This document shows, piece by piece, positions 46,518-60,600 of a stretch of DNA of 64,000 nt; positions within the stretch are counted from its first letter, which is position 1; every line of letters begins with the position of its first letter. Source of the DNA: Entomortierella parvispora E1425 (Eukaryota; Fungi; Mortierellomycota); NCBI GenBank assembly GCA_020891255.1, contig BQFW01000004.1:930001-994000 (forward strand). The letters run 5' to 3'. A program made the translations under genes and the position numbers. The notes under the pieces are model-generated. The model did not search any database. It had not been told where the DNA came from and was given only the letters and a program-made list of their open reading frames with translations.

Positions 46518-49500
46518 GTTTGTTGTGGTTTTCTTTTTTTTGGCTTTTGTGTTCTTTTTGGGTGGGTTCTTTTTGAATGACTTTTTTGTGGTTTTTTTTT
46601 AAGAAAAGATGGTTCTTGTTCGCCGGAAGGATCGAGTCGAGTAAGCGGTTCTTTTTCTTTGGAAAGGGAGGGTCCTAAGTATGTACAGTAGATACAGGTC
46701 TTTTCGAAAAAAGAATTGGTTTTTTTTTGGAGGGTTTGAAGGGAGGTTTCGTTAAAAGAAGAGGGTTAGTCTGTTAGTAGAAACGCGTTTTTTTTTTCTT
46801 GGGAGGGATTGTGCTTTTTGTTGGTGGTGATAGTAGTTTCCTGTCGAGTGCGTTCGATAAGAGGGGGGAGAAAAGGAGGAAGGTGAAGGAATGGGAGGGG
46901 AAGGATGAATGAGGAGAATGAGAGGATGTCTCTTCTTGAATTCAGTGCACAATGTCAAGACAAGGTGATGCGAACAAGGAAGAAGGGAGAAAAGAGGAGA
47001 AAAGAAGAAAAAAAGAAAGAGGGCAGAAACGAAGAAAAGAGTATGGTCTCGACGGGAAGCGATGGGACGGCGATGGGATGAATGGGCACCATTGAGAGCC
47101 GTTGTGTTGGTTTACGGTCTGCCAAACCTGGCTGCACAGTGGAGAGGGTCTGGTGGTCTGGCCTGCAAGCCTGACTCAATGGGTTGTTCAAATGAGTTCA
47201 GTTGCCCACTTCCTTAGATTCTTTCTTTCTTTTCTGTCCTCTTTATTCAATGGGGCCTATTGTCAATTATGTACCAAAGTGGGGGGATGCACCTTGGACC
47301 ATGCAAGCCATCATGACACCATGGGGCACATTGTTTTACTTATCCCTCTCTTGTCCCCACTCTCCCTTCCTTTCCCTTTCTCGCTCACCTTCACTCACCC
47401 ATCCTGTCTTCTTTCGCCCCTTCCGATGCAAACCAAGACGCGTCAAAAAGAAGGGCCAGGTGTTGTCTCGATCATCTTCCCCGACAAAAGATGGACAAAA
47501 ACGGATGCCAGCGTGTGGTAAGCAACCCAAAAAAAATAGTCCACAGAACGCCCAAACACAAACACAAAATCCCATGCCCATTGCCTTTGTCGCACAATTA
47601 TTGACCATTGGATCTCTATCTACCTTTTGCCATTTCTTCGCCTGTTGCCGCCAACTGACTCAAGCTGTTGCAGACCTTTTTTCACAAAAAATTGAAAAAA
47701 CAACAAGCACCTTTTCGCCTACTTGGATGTTCGCCATTCCTTGGAGGTTTCTTGACCTCTTTTCTCTCTGGGAAGACGGAGAGAAGAGGGGAGTGCCAAA
47801 AGAATGGAGTTGGCTTTGAATACACTACTGGAGGGACTACCTTCCTTTTGCTTTCCTCGGAGGTGAGAAAGTCCACGATGGACAAGCGCGATGGGGCGGT
47901 TGGAGGAGCTCAATTGATTCTCTACTGTGTACTCTCCGGCCTTTTTTTTTCAATTGGGAAGTTTTTTTTTTTTTTTCTTGTTGAGAGCAATGGGACATCT
48001 CGTTTTTATTTTGCGATCGAAGCGGGAGGGTTGTTCTTTCAGTCTTGTTTGTACCTCTGGGATGCCGTGGCGGATAATAGATAATAATGATGACTTTTTC
48101 TGGGAACGAAACATCATCTGCTGGTCAGGGGGGAGGGAAGCATGAAAAAGAGCACTGCTCAGACTTTGGTAATGGCAACCAGACTCCATTGCTAACGATG
48201 GTAGCTTGCGTGCTATTCTTCTTTAGCAACGTGCTTAACTGGGTAGGAAAAGGCAAAGAAGAAAAGAGAGAGAAAGGTACGAAATGGGATTCAGCATGCA
48301 GGATCACTTTCGCCTCATCGCGCGTCTTGCTCCTTTCTTTCTCCTCTCCTTTCTCGCTATTCTCTCCTTCTTTCTCAAAGAGACGCACACTGAACCCTCA
48401 ACCAAACGCGTCCGAGTCACGCTCTAAAATTGTGGGAAAAAACACGAGAGGATGGGATGGGAGATCATCCTCCTCCCTGTGGTTCGAGTCGTCCAAGAAT
48501 GAACACACCCGTGACAAGATCAAGAAATCAACATCAAACACCAACACCGTCCACCATCATCATGCAGACCGGTTCTTGAAATATAAATAAAAAGAAAAGG
48601 GAAGAAATGAGGTTGTGGACAAGCAACAGAAGAAGGAGGTGACAACCCCTTCAACACGTTCACGTACCTCGATGCTAGTCTCGATGGCTTTGGCCCATAT
48701 CGCGAGCGAAACACACAGCGTGTGGTTTCAGGACTTTCTGTTTTCTCGTCCCTCTCACCCTCTCACGAGTCGCGTTTTTCTCGTTTTTTTTTTTTGTTGT
48801 TGCTGGCTGTAACAGGGTTGCATGATGGATATATTTTTTTTTTTGGCACTGGCACGTCCCTCATCTACCCGCGCTTTCACGCCTGCCCCCAGCGTGAAAA
48901 CGACTTTTCAATCTGGGCGATTGAATAGGCAAGAGCAATACAATCTGGAATCTGTTCACCTTGCAGCATGCGCACAGGCTTGACCCGCCTGCAGAGCGTT
49001 CAATTCCTGCTGCTTTAGCTCAAAGATCGTCAGCACGAGCGCTTGGACTCCTCTTGGGAGATAAAGTCCCACTGTCCAAGCCTTGAACCACCAAAAAAAC
49101 ACGAAAACGCGAAAACGGCAAACGTGACGGAAAAGCCAGAATCTGCTTACCAATGAAGCAAAAAAGAACAAGAATGAACTGCGTTTGAATGTCGAAACTC
49201 ATTCCTCTCTGAATAATCTACCTTTTGTTGCGTTCTTTTTCCTTCCCTTCACTTTCACGAGGAAAAGAACGCAGAAAAAATAAATGATGATATCGAACGT
49301 ACACATTTGCTTATTCCATCAATCGACCAGGGATTACGCGACACTTTGGCTAAGGTTACTGCCTTCCTGGAGGTTCCCGAGGGGGGGGGAGAAAAGAAGG
49401 GGGGCATCTTCTTTGGTGAACCCGCGGAAATTTTAGTTGTTTGAATCCCTGTGCAACAGAAAATATGCCACGCTCTTTTTTCAATTGAACATAGTCTACA

Positions 49501-50047
49501 AATACATCAAAACACCACAACAAACTTGAACTTTTTTTTTTTTTTTTTTGTTTGCGCTTGTGTGGGAATCTCTGGAGCAATTTTTTGACCTTTGTCCGCT
49601 GCCAAGCAGAGAACAGCGCAGACAGGCAAAGAAAGGAGCGAGGAAGGGAAGGATGGAGGGAAGAGAAAGTTGAGAAAACTCAGCAGCTTCCCAGCAGAAG
49701 CTCTCCGTCCTTTTTTTTTTTTCATGCGCTCTCATGTCCGTCCCTTTTGGACCCTCGCTCTTTTTGCTCTCCGGCATTGGCCCCATTGCATAATCGCATG
49801 TTAAACCTCGGTCTCTTTAAGAGAAAAAGAGACTATGTATGGTACATACACCATCCGTCTAGTTTGCGCATGTCAAACAAGGCGGGCGTAGTAAGTTGAC
49901 CTCTGCCCCAAATCCTCCGTCACCTTTCTCGATCGCTGATTGGACAACGACAATTTAAAGTCCGACCATCTGGGTTGGTCACGTGATTGTGGCTGATGGT
50001 GCTGGGGTCAAAAGCCAAGAAAAAAAAATTGAAACAATCTGAAATCA

Positions 50048-50118
50048 GGGGTGTTGGTTAAGGGGTATAATCCTTTGTTCGGGTCAAAGGGGCCCGGGTT
50101 CGAGTCCCGGACACCCCC
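50048..50118 (+). tRNA. tRNA-Pro (anticodon CGG), intronless
   Basis: Cloverleaf by hand: acceptor GGGGTGT/ACACCCC, D arm GTTA-AGGGGTA-TAAT, anticodon stem CTTTG/CAAAG with loop TT-CGG-GT, T arm CCGGG-TTCGAGT-CCCGG. Downstream TTTTT Pol III terminator. Confidence 0.93.
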
Positions 50119-50511
50119 ACAGTTGTTTCAGTTTTTATATTTGACGGGTTTAGAGAGAGAGAGATACGCGTCGCGTTTCCTTTTGGCAAAGTTGTCGTTT
50201 TTTTTTTTTTTTTGTTGAGAGAGTGGTTGGCAAGCATCGGCGACTATTTTTCTCTCTTCCGTGTCGCATCGCGCCCGTCGGTGGAATGGATCAAAGCGTC
50301 CGCCATTTAGAACGGACGATCCTGGCGCGTTGGTTTCTTTTTTTTTTTTTTTTTTTGGTTCAACTTTTCCTACTTTCACCTATCGTAGAGTTGTAAACAC
50401 CATGGCAGGATTACGTGTTGTGAGATTGCTTTAATATGTCCATGTGAGAGAAGGACAGCAGGGACACAGTCCACACTCATCCGTAGGATGACAAACTATG
50501 AAAATCTGGAT

Positions 50512-51378
50512 CTAATCGTTCTTCAAATCAGTTTTCCAGGTCAAGGCGAGTTTCGCAACAATATCAAAGTTGGCGTTCCGGATCAAGACGTCCGTGACAA
50601 AGAGGTTGTTGCCAGTCGCTCTTCCTCCTGTCACCGATCCAATGCCGGGTGTAGTGGTAGAAGTGTCTTTGTTGACAGTAGATCCTGAGTTGGAGGATGA
50701 CGCCTTTTCTTTCGCTAGATCAGCTTCGAGCTCTTGTGCTAATGGACTGATGCAACTCTTCCGAAGAGCCTCCTCAGAGACGGTAGCACTGGCCGTCAGC
50801 AATCCTCGCGCAACTCTGACATACTCCACTTGGATATTGGTCAGGATGGCCCTATCTTTCTTTCCGAGGAGTGTGAAGAGAGCCAAAGCTCCGACAGTCT
50901 CGCCAAAGGTCACCAGGGCACCGGCATGGACCGATCGAAAGGGGTTGGAGACTTGTTTTGTCTCCTGTGAATGACGAACGTGAGAATATTAATACAAGCC
51001 AGGGAGGGCAAAAAGAGAAGCAGATCGACGGTATCAAAGATGGACTGTGAAGCATAGAACATCTAGAAGATGCAGCTTGGTACACGTTACCCTCATGACT
51101 CCGCGCGCCTGGCCCTTCCTTACTTCTGTAAAGCGGCAGTTGATGGATCGACTGTATGGGTTTGCGATCCCGAGAGCATAAGAGAACAGCCAGGCTCTGA
51201 TCCGTACGGGCAAATACTCGAACCCTTGGATACGATCCCAAACTACCAGAGGATCACGTAGAGTTGCTGTGTGCTTGACAAGGACGACGGCGATGAAGAC
51301 CAGGGCGAAGGCGAGACCACAGGCGGCAAGGATAACCAGCATCGTCAGCGGATGGAGATCTGTGACTGATGACAGCAT
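50512..51378 (-). CDS. HotDog-fold thioesterase-like protein (PaaI/DUF4442 type) with an N-terminal transmembrane segment; 2 exons
   Basis: Hydrophobic N-terminus, then NPYSRSINCRF, and NPFRSVHAGALVTFGETVGALA (PaaI-like H-x-G...E motif) followed by ILTNIQVEYVRVARG. Confidence 0.8.
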
Positions 51379-51956
51379 GACAGGACAGGGAGAAATACGG
51401 CGTTCCTGACTACAGGATGGGCGGGACAAGAGAGAAAGGGGTAAAGGAAAGAGAGAGAAAGAAAGAGAGAGAGAGAGGAAGAGAGAAAGAGACAAAAAAA
51501 GGAGCGAGAGAGAGAACAAAAGGGCAGACCCCTTCTTCCCTCCAACCCAGCAACGGCCCGACTCTGGCCAGCCGACCAGTCTCCGGACGAGGACGTCGTG
51601 TGCAGAAGAGAAAGAAGGGAAGGGAGTGTGGAAAGGAGCACTGTGCTCTGATCTGCCGTGAGACGTGAACGTGACGAAGAGACGCCACCAAAATGAGTCG
51701 ACGTGTATTTAATGTACTGCCACCTACTGCCACCTGCAACCACTCGCAGCACAGCCAGCACAGGCTGGGCTTGGCACGCACAGACAAGAGACAAGAGAGG
51801 GGACTGCCAAGCGTTGGTCACCTTGCCTTCATGCGAGTGAGTGAGTGTGTGTCCTTTTTTCTCTTTGTATATTGCATTGCATTCCCTTCACCTCTCTGCC
51901 ATTCATTCATTCATTCATTCATTTAATCATTCATTTAATCATTTCGCAAGGAGAGC

Positions 51957-54439
51957 ATGAGCCAGGACACTCACGACCAGGACCACCATCGCTTCGGTCA
52001 GGACGACGACGGGGACGAAGGTCCATCTCCGCCATCCTATGAAGAAGCCATCAGTCAGGACCTCTCCTCTGCCGACCCTGTGCCCAATAGCCGCACCATC
52101 GACGATCCTCTCCAGGGTTCCGAGCAAGGGACCCCTGCATCCTCGTTTGCTCTCCCAAGTGCGCCGACCCCAGCCCAGGTTCAGCAACCCTCAGCTCCTC
52201 CTGCGCCACCAAGCTCAAACCCAGACTCTGCGACAGGGATAGAGTCTGCTCCTAATCATGACGATACTCACTCTGCGCATCAACAGAGTCATCCGCATCC
52301 TTCGCACTTTGGGCACCGCCAGGGCCCGTTCTCGTCCCAACATCACGATCCCCTAGGACAGTTCCAGGATCCGTTCATGCGCCACCGTCATCATCAGCAT
52401 CCGCTTGCTCACCCACAGCTTCACCAAGGACCTTACAAGCACCCTTCGTTCCCATATGGACCAGGACCGTCAGGATCATCATCATCATCACCTTCGTCTT
52501 TTCCTTTTGCAACATCACCACCGTCAACATCAGAGGCATCAGGAGAGGCAGCAGGAACTGCTCCAGCAAGTCATTCGACCTCAGAGTCTAGTTTTTCAGA
52601 GCCTGGAAACTTTGGAGGGATGCCACGGCCACCTTCCTCCTTTCCTTCTTTTCCTCCCTTTCCTGGCTTCCCTCCTTCACCATTTGGTGGCCCAACGCCT
52701 CCATTCCCAGGGTTCGGTCGAGGGCCACTACCAGAGGGTGGGATCCCAGGATTTGTACCGGGGATGGGCCCAGGACCCATAGGCAGAATGATGGGACCAA
52801 TGCCGGTATTTCCACCTCCAGGGATGCACGCGGGATTCATAGGTTCGATGCCCACAGCCTCTCCTCACCTTCCAGCAACAAGCGGAGCCGATCAGACCAG
52901 CCATATACCCACAGGAGGTTCATCCGGATCATCCTCAATAGACGCCATGGTTCCTCCGGCCCCGCCACGGCCTCCAGCTCCAGCTCCACCTGTACCGCCC
53001 ATGCCTACGAAATTAGAGACTGAGGGACAAAAAGCCATCCCTACAGCCCCACCTGCTTCTGAAGCACCACCGATTTCAGCATTTCCAGGAATACCTCCAT
53101 TATCCATGCTATCTACAGCAGGCAGTTCTTCCAGTGCAGGGAATGAAGGATCTTCAGTAGGGGGATCTGGATCAAACAGATTTGCACACCGTAGAGGCGA
53201 TTCAAACCACCTTCCCACTGCAAGTGCGGAAACCTCTGCATTTTCAGCAGCATCAGTCACAGGTCCTGGATTCGGATACCCTCCTTTGGTGCCTACAGAG
53301 CCTCTGGGAGCCTTGTCAGCAGCGCAAACTAGCACGGCAGGACTTGTCAAGGCTCAAGATATATCGCAGGCGTTGATCAAGCGGAAAGCCCAGGGCGTGA
53401 TTGAGAGTCAGGATGCGTTGCTGGAGGATCCATTTCAGTTGTATCGGTTCTTTGTCGCTCACAACGATAAGCCCTCGATGCATGTCTTGATTACAGGTAA
53501 ATATCAAGGAATTTCTTGTGGATGAAAAAAAAAAAAAAAAAAAAAAAAAAGGTTGATCCTCTTTTCCCTCTCTCCTCCTGTTCTTACTGATCTTTTTATT
53601 CGTTTCATTCTTTTAATTTACTCATATTAGGATCGCACGTTGAAAAGAGAACATCTGAAAAAAAGAAACCGGACGGGACAACTCAGACTGTGCAACAAAA
53701 GGTCAAGGTCCATGACTTTAAGATTGATTTCGATTTGACGCCGTATATCAATGCGTCAGGTACCATCACAACTCTGCCAGACCCACAGTCAGGAAAACGA
53801 CCTACCTTGAGAGAGGTGATGGAAGAGCATGTCGAGGATGAGAACCCTTTCAAGAAACTATACATGCCCAAAGTAAGTGCTTTGCTCTATTGCTCTATTA
53901 TCTTTTTCTTTCTTTCCTTTTTTTCTTTCATTACCTCGTTACCGAAGATATGCTTTCTCTTTTTAAAGTTTTTCCGCCATGTACTGATCATTGACCTTCT
54001 CTTGGTTTTAGAAAATCAATTGGGACTATGAGGACTTGACGAGGGCGATTACACATGCGATTCGATCCGTTAATTATCGGTACATGATTGAAATCTCTTA
54101 TCCTGTCACCAACCACATGGTCCAGGTCAAGTCCAGTTCTCCTCTGGCAACGTTTGTGGAAAGCAGCTGGGCCACATCTCTTTTTGTCTCGTGCTTTGGC
54201 TTTGTCTTTTATCCTGTGGTAAGAAATCTCTTTTTTTTTTTTGTTCGATTCGACGGTTGGAAAAAAAAAAAAACTTGATCTGCTCTTTACTCACCCATCA
54301 TTGTCTTGAATAGCGTGCCATGGTGAACAGGGTCAAGGACAAAACTATCCAGTCCGAGTTTGACATGACCATTACAACGCGTGAATTTTTCCTTCACAAC
54401 TACTGGAGTATCATTGATCAAGTCAAATACAAGTCCTAA
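51957..54439 (+). CDS. Pro/Ser-rich protein with N-terminal PPSY motif and a conserved-looking fungal C-terminal domain; about 4 exons
   Basis: 522-codon first exon (PPSYEEAI; ...DPFQLYRFFVAHNDKPSMHVLITG). Later exons encode FKIDFDLTPYI, NPFKKLYMPK, a hydrophobic segment and ...IIDQVKYKS*. Confidence 0.75.
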
Positions 54440-54483
54440 ACCTCCAGTAATATACCTTTTTGCACAAATTCTACAAAGAAACC

Positions 54484-54521
<38 letters not shown>

Positions 54522-54615
54522 TTCAACAGTGTTGAGAAGTTATGATGACTATGTGGTTATGATATGAACAATACAAGGCGATGGGGGAAAGGATAAAAAA
54601 ATGAATGACATCTCC

Positions 54616-56989
54616 TTAATGATGGAAGAGACGGAGGTTGGTGTGGGCAACAACCATATCGTGCGAGTCAGCAGCAGCAATGACGAGATCATCCTGGATG
54701 GATCCGCTGGGGGCAGCAATGAACTTGACACCGGACTGGTGAGCTCTCTGGATGTTGTCAGTGAAGGGGAAGAAGGCATCCGAGGACACGACAACGTCCT
54801 TCAAGGCCTTCATGTGCTCCTCACGCTCCTGCTCGGTCAAAGCAGCAGGGACGGTCTCGAACTGAGACTCCCAAGCCAAACGCTCCTCACCGCGGCCAAT
54901 CTTGTCGATAATGTACAAATCAATGGCGTTGGACTTGTCAGCACGCTTGGTCTCCTTCTTGAAGTCAAAGGCCAAGACCTTGGGGTGGTGGCGCATCCAC
55001 CAGTTGTCGGCCTTGTCACCGGCAAGACGGGTGCAGTGAATACGGGACTGCTGCCCGGCGCCCAAACCGACAACCATACCGTTCTTGGCATAGCACACAG
55101 AGTTGGACTGGGTATACTTCAAGGCGATCGTGGCAACAATCAAGTCGCGAACGGCATCCTCAGTGAGCTAAACAAAAAAAAAAAAAAAAAAGAAGATACA
55201 TAAGTGAACGATCCTTTCTCCTACACCTATGAAATTGACCAAAAAGACTCTTCAAATCAACTTACGTTCTTGTTCTTGGAAACCAAGTTCTTGAACAAGC
55301 TGGCATCAATCTGAACATTGTTGCGCTTCTGCTGAAGGGAAAGACCATAGACCTGGCGAGTCTCCAACTCCTGGGGCTCGTAGTTGGGGTCCATCTGCAA
55401 GACGGTGTACTTGCCGCCCTTCTTCTTTCTCAACAACTCCAAAGCATCGGCATCATAGGCGGGGGCAATGATACCGTCAGAGACCTCACGCGAGATGATC
55501 TTGGCAGTGACCAAATCGACGGTGGAGGAGATGGCGATCCAGTCGCCAAAGGAGCTCATGCGGTCAGCACCACGGGCGCGAGCATAGGCAGAGGCGACGG
55601 GGGTGAGAGGAAGCTTCAAGTCATCAACGTGGTAGACCTTCTTCTCAATATCGTTCAAGGGAACGGCAACGGCAGCACCAGCGGGGGAGACGTGCTTGAA
55701 TGAGGCAGCGGCGGGGAGACCCAAAGCCTGGGTGAGCTCCTTGACCAAGGGCCAGGCGTTCAAGGCATCCAACAAGTTGATGTAGCCAGGGGAACCAGAC
55801 AAGACTATTTTGTATAGAGAGGAAACAGTTTAGAAGACCAATTGAAAAAAATATGGCGAACGTCGAGTCATCGCTCCGAAGAAGCCCAAAAAGGAAAAGA
55901 GCGGGGTAAAAACAACACCTCGTTCAAAGTCCGTTTTCGTTTTTTCACTTTACCTTTGATGGGGAGGTCGCCGTTCTTGATAAAGACCTGGGCGGGCTTC
56001 TGGTGGGGGTTTGCGCCGTAGCGGAGGGTGAGCTGCTGGGTACCGGCGGCGTACTGCTGACGGAGGTAGTTGGAGATGGCCTCGTCGTACTCGGAGGTCT
56101 GGTTGAAGGCCTTGAGGGCAAGCTTCTGGCGAGTCTCGTCCGAGACCTTGTTGTTCTCCTTGAGCTGGGCAACAACGGTGGCATAGTCCTTGGGGTCCGA
56201 GAGGATGCTGACACGGATGTGGTTCTTGGCAGCAGCACGGAGAAGGGTGACTCCACCTATGATCACAAAAAGACAACACGATCCGGTTATTGGGTCTGGT
56301 CAAAATATTCTCTGCAAAAGAAAAAAAAAGAATAGCCACTTGGTTCCTGAACATACCGATATCGATCTCCTCAACAGCCTCAGCAATGGTGACTCCCTCC
56401 TTGGCAACGGTCTCCTTGAAGGGGTACAAGTTGCAGGCGACAATGTCGACCTTCTCAATGGCCTGGGCGGCCAAGTCGGCCTCGTCCGAAGGAATATCAC
56501 GGGCCAAGATACCACCGTGGACAGCAGGGTGGAGGGTCTTGACACGTCCGCCGAGGATCTCGGGAGCCTTGGTGATGGCCGAGACATCCCTGTTTGTTTT
56601 CAATGGAGTGAGAGGATTGACAATCGGTCAGCTTTCTGCTGGTTTTTTTTTAACAAAAGCCCCGGAGCAAAATAGAAGGTCCCTCTGTCCGTGTAGGTCC
56701 TGAACAGTGTGTTAATAAACGTACTCGACAGGGAGACCAGCGGCAGCAATGGCCTTGGAGGTGCCACCGGAAGCAAGGATGCGGACGTTCAAGGCAACGA
56801 GCTCCTTGGCAAAGTCGATGAGGCCAGTCTTGTCATAGACGGAAAGGATAGCTAGAGAAAGAAGAGCGACGGCGACAGTCAGTCTTTTGAAGCGAGACGA
56901 TGAATCCAAGAGCGACATGAATGAATAACGCCAAGTCAGCCAAGTCAGGCATGAGGAGGTGATCGGGGCATACCAATCTTCTGGGCCAT
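54616..56989 (-). CDS. ADE17: Bifunctional AICAR transformylase/IMP cyclohydrolase (PurH/ATIC), multi-exon
   Basis: [93 protein letters not shown] and [11 protein letters not shown]16 versus ADE17 cannot be distinguished. Confidence 0.97.
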
Positions 56990-57653
56990 GGCGGAAGTGT
57001 CGGTGGTGGTGATGAGTGAAAAGGGGAGAGGACGTGCGGGTGAGGAACAAAGAAAAGAAGAAGAGAGAAGGAAAGAAAATAAAGGGAATCATCTCACACA
57101 ACAGGCGCGGGAACAGCGATCACCGTTCACCGCTCACCGCTCACTCTCTTCTCTCACACTTCACACTTCACACTTCACACTGTCTTTCTTTATCAGCAGT
57201 CACCCCTCCGCGTGGGATGTTCCTTCCCACGAAGAAGTCTTTTTTCTTGTTTCCTTCTTTTGTCTTTTCTGTGCTGTCCTCTGTCTGCTGTCTTCCATCT
57301 TCTGTCTTTCATCTTCTGTCTTCCATCTACGCTGCTAATACCTCTCTTCATAGTCCATGCTCGCTCTCTTTAATGCGCTTGCTGCAGTATCCCCCGTTTG
57401 CCCGCTGGCTTGATCCGATACCTGGACCTCTCGATCTATCTGTGACCTCTGTCTGATTGGCCCAAAAATGCGGAGAAGCGTCAACCACCACACACTGAAC
57501 CCGCTCTCCTCCATGTCGGACCTGGTTCTTCAAAAGCTAAAAGGGTATCCCTATCGACTCATTCATGTGCAGTTCCACGTATTGTAGTGTTATCGGTGAT
57601 CGCTGGCTCTCGCTTTTATTGAATCTGAAGAAGAAAAAAAAATTGGCGTCTGC

Positions 57654-60600
57654 CTAGGCACCCACAGAGCTTTCCTCACTCACAATACTAGTTCTTTCCA
57701 TCAGATCAACAAGTCCCACCAATCTCTCGTCTCCCTTGTACCTGCTGAGGAGGGATTCGTGTCGTGGTTTCCGGATCTTGGGGCAGATGCACAGACTCGA
57801 GAGCAGTTTCGGGTCTTCTTTCAGTCGCGCGAGGGTCGCTACAGAGACCTCCTTTCGAAGATCTTCAATGTGCACACCCTTGGCAGACGCCATCGTCTCA
57901 CCATGAATCTTGAACTTGCACATCATCTCTGGCAGGTCATTGTCCATGGTGAGGGACGGCAGTAGCAACGGTCCATGGTTACGCACAGGCTTGTCCAGTC
58001 CCAGTTTCTTCAGAACTTGGTCGCTCTGGCTGAGGGTCGCGCTCTTGCTGTGCTCAAACTCAAAGCTCAGGCACCCAAGAGCTTGCAGGGTTTCGAGGAG
58101 GAGCTTGTTGGGATGGACCACAATGCTCTCAAAGTTCACATGTTTGTCCAAGAAGGGCCGGATCAAGCGGTCAAACAGGTCGGACACCACTTCAAAATTG
58201 AACCCAGAGTCCACAAACACGGCACCCAGCGTGCTCTCCACAAGGTCTCCAAGTACTTTGGGCATGATGATGTCGCTCCAGTACTCACCCGATGTTTCGC
58301 CTCTTTCCTTCTTGGCTTCCACAGTCACCGCTGCTCGGGCAATGGCGTGAATGAGCGATGGAGAGTAGTGTACCAAATACGGGTGCAATTCCCATTGAAG
58401 ACATAACGCACCCAATATCTGGTTGTTGACCGATGCATCCTTGATGAGCGTGATCACTCCTGGTGGCGCGGTGCTGTACTTGTGATAATAGTACCGCACA
58501 ACCTGAAAATCGAGAACCGCATCGCCAAGGAACTCGAGTCGTTGGTAACAGACAGAGTCGGCTCGGATGTGCGATGCATGGGTCATGGCCTCAAAGAACA
58601 GGTCTGGATTCTTGAACTTGTATCCAATTGTCCGCTCGACTGCATTGAGCGACTGAATCTGGTGCGGAGTCGTTGTCAGCACTTTATCCGTCGCTCGCCC
58701 GTTCATATACACCGCATGAAAGTCCTCCCATAGTTCAAACTCTTCAAAGGGAACTCCAAGAGCCTTGGCGGCCGCAAGACCATTAGTCACGCCGCCACAT
58801 AGATAGGCAGCACCCAAAATGGCTTCGACAAAATCGGCCAAGGTCTTGTTGGAGAGCATGTGCTGTTGCTCGCTGTCCCATGTTTTGTTGTCCACTACGA
58901 ACCGGGCTGGTCGCCACGATTTCCGGTGAAAGGGTGTGCTGCAGGCGTAGCGGTACAGTTGTTGCTTTTTGGCGATCCCAAGAAGTGCTCGATTGGAGAT
59001 AATGCGAATACGGTTCGCATGAAGCTGTCCTTCATCTTTGACAGGATTGACAATATACAGGCGGATCGTAGATGAAAACTTGAGAAATGAATCGCCCAGA
59101 AGCTCAAGTCGTTCGTACTGAAAATCGCGGTTTGCCGAAGAGGTCGTGAAGGCTTCTTGAAGAAGCGTCAAGCGAATCGATCGTAGTCCAAGCCTCTCAC
59201 TCACTTCATGCACAAGAAGAGTAGAATCCAGACTGAAGAGTACCGATGGGAGCAGCTGACACATTCGCAAGACGTCGGCCCCGACAGAGCTCCTAACACA
59301 CTGACTAAGTGGGAGAGCCAGGCTACCCTTGTCCTTTCTGCTCTCTTCCTCCTTGCGGACAGCAGGCTGAAGATGGTTGCGCATCTTCCGAACTCGTTCG
59401 ACCTGTAGGATAACATCATCTTGTGTGGCAGCGACATGGAATTTTGACTGAAAATATGCTGCAAATGTTTGTCCAGAGCCTCCAGCGGCAAGACTTCCTC
59501 CAGAGGTCTTTGTCTCTGAAGCCTTTAGTTCATCGAGGGCAAAGCTGAAGGTTTCCTCGGGCATGAGGTCATGGGCCTTGTACTGCCTGAGAACCTTGCG
59601 AATGAAAAATTCGCGTCCATGGTCGGTTTTCAAGGAGATAACTGATCCCAAAAGATTATGATCATCCGTTAGCGGACTGGTATCGGTGGTTAAGCCAAGA
59701 ATCACGTCGGTCCAGGAAATCATGTCGCCAAGATCCTTGCTCGAATCGCTATTCTTTTTTAGTGGCGCAATAAAGTACGGCATGGTCTCCGCCTCGCAAT
59801 CGAATGGCTTGCGACAAATGCGTTTAAAGGTGGTCAAGGTGAAGAGCCTCAAATATTCGACCTGGTCCCTCCCGACGCTTACAACCGACTGAACAGCCTT
59901 GACAGAGACTTGACGCGCAGCACCATCTATATACAGGCTGAATGCCTCGACAGCGCAGGGTAACGGCTGTCGTGTCAACAGGCACAAGGTTCTATATCGC
60001 TCACTGCCACCAAGATGTTCGAGCCCTTCTGCACAAAGTTCAATGGTCGAGCCGAACAGCGTGTCAGGTGTACTCGGGGTATCCTGCCAAAGTTGGGGCG
60101 AACTGAGAGGATAAAAAACATTTTTGTTTTCCTTGTCGGTAGGCGAGACATTTTCTATGTTGTCTTCCTCGTTCTTGAAAACAATCGGCAATAGATTGTC
60201 GTCCAGTGCCCCCAACTGATGCAGTAGCTCGCACGCCTTGTAAGCCGCAGATTTTTTCGCCATGGATTTTGTGGAGGTACGGTCGGACTGTAGCAGCCTT
60301 ATGGGGGCATTGGCTGGTAAGGTAAGGTCGCAGATGAACCCTGCATCATCGCTGGATATGATCTCAAACTCTGGGCGAGGCGTGCAATACTCGTCTCTTG
60401 TCAGTGTGTTGCAGTAGTGATTCAGAAGGCTAATCGCAGAGTGGATAGTGAGCAACGCACCCGTCGATTCCACCTTGTATATCTGATAGGATAGGTCATC
60501 CAGACTGTTGTCATAGTCACAGTCGTCCACAGGGTCGCTCATAAGACGGTCCGAAGTGAGGCTGTGGCACCATTCTTTCATAGATTCTTCACCAAACTTC

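Noticed and set aside
46600-50000. Many short ORFs (60-205 aa) upstream of the giant gene
   Set aside because: Dominated by poly-K/F from A/T homopolymers, with no coherent exon structure. Likely promoter or intergenic sequence.
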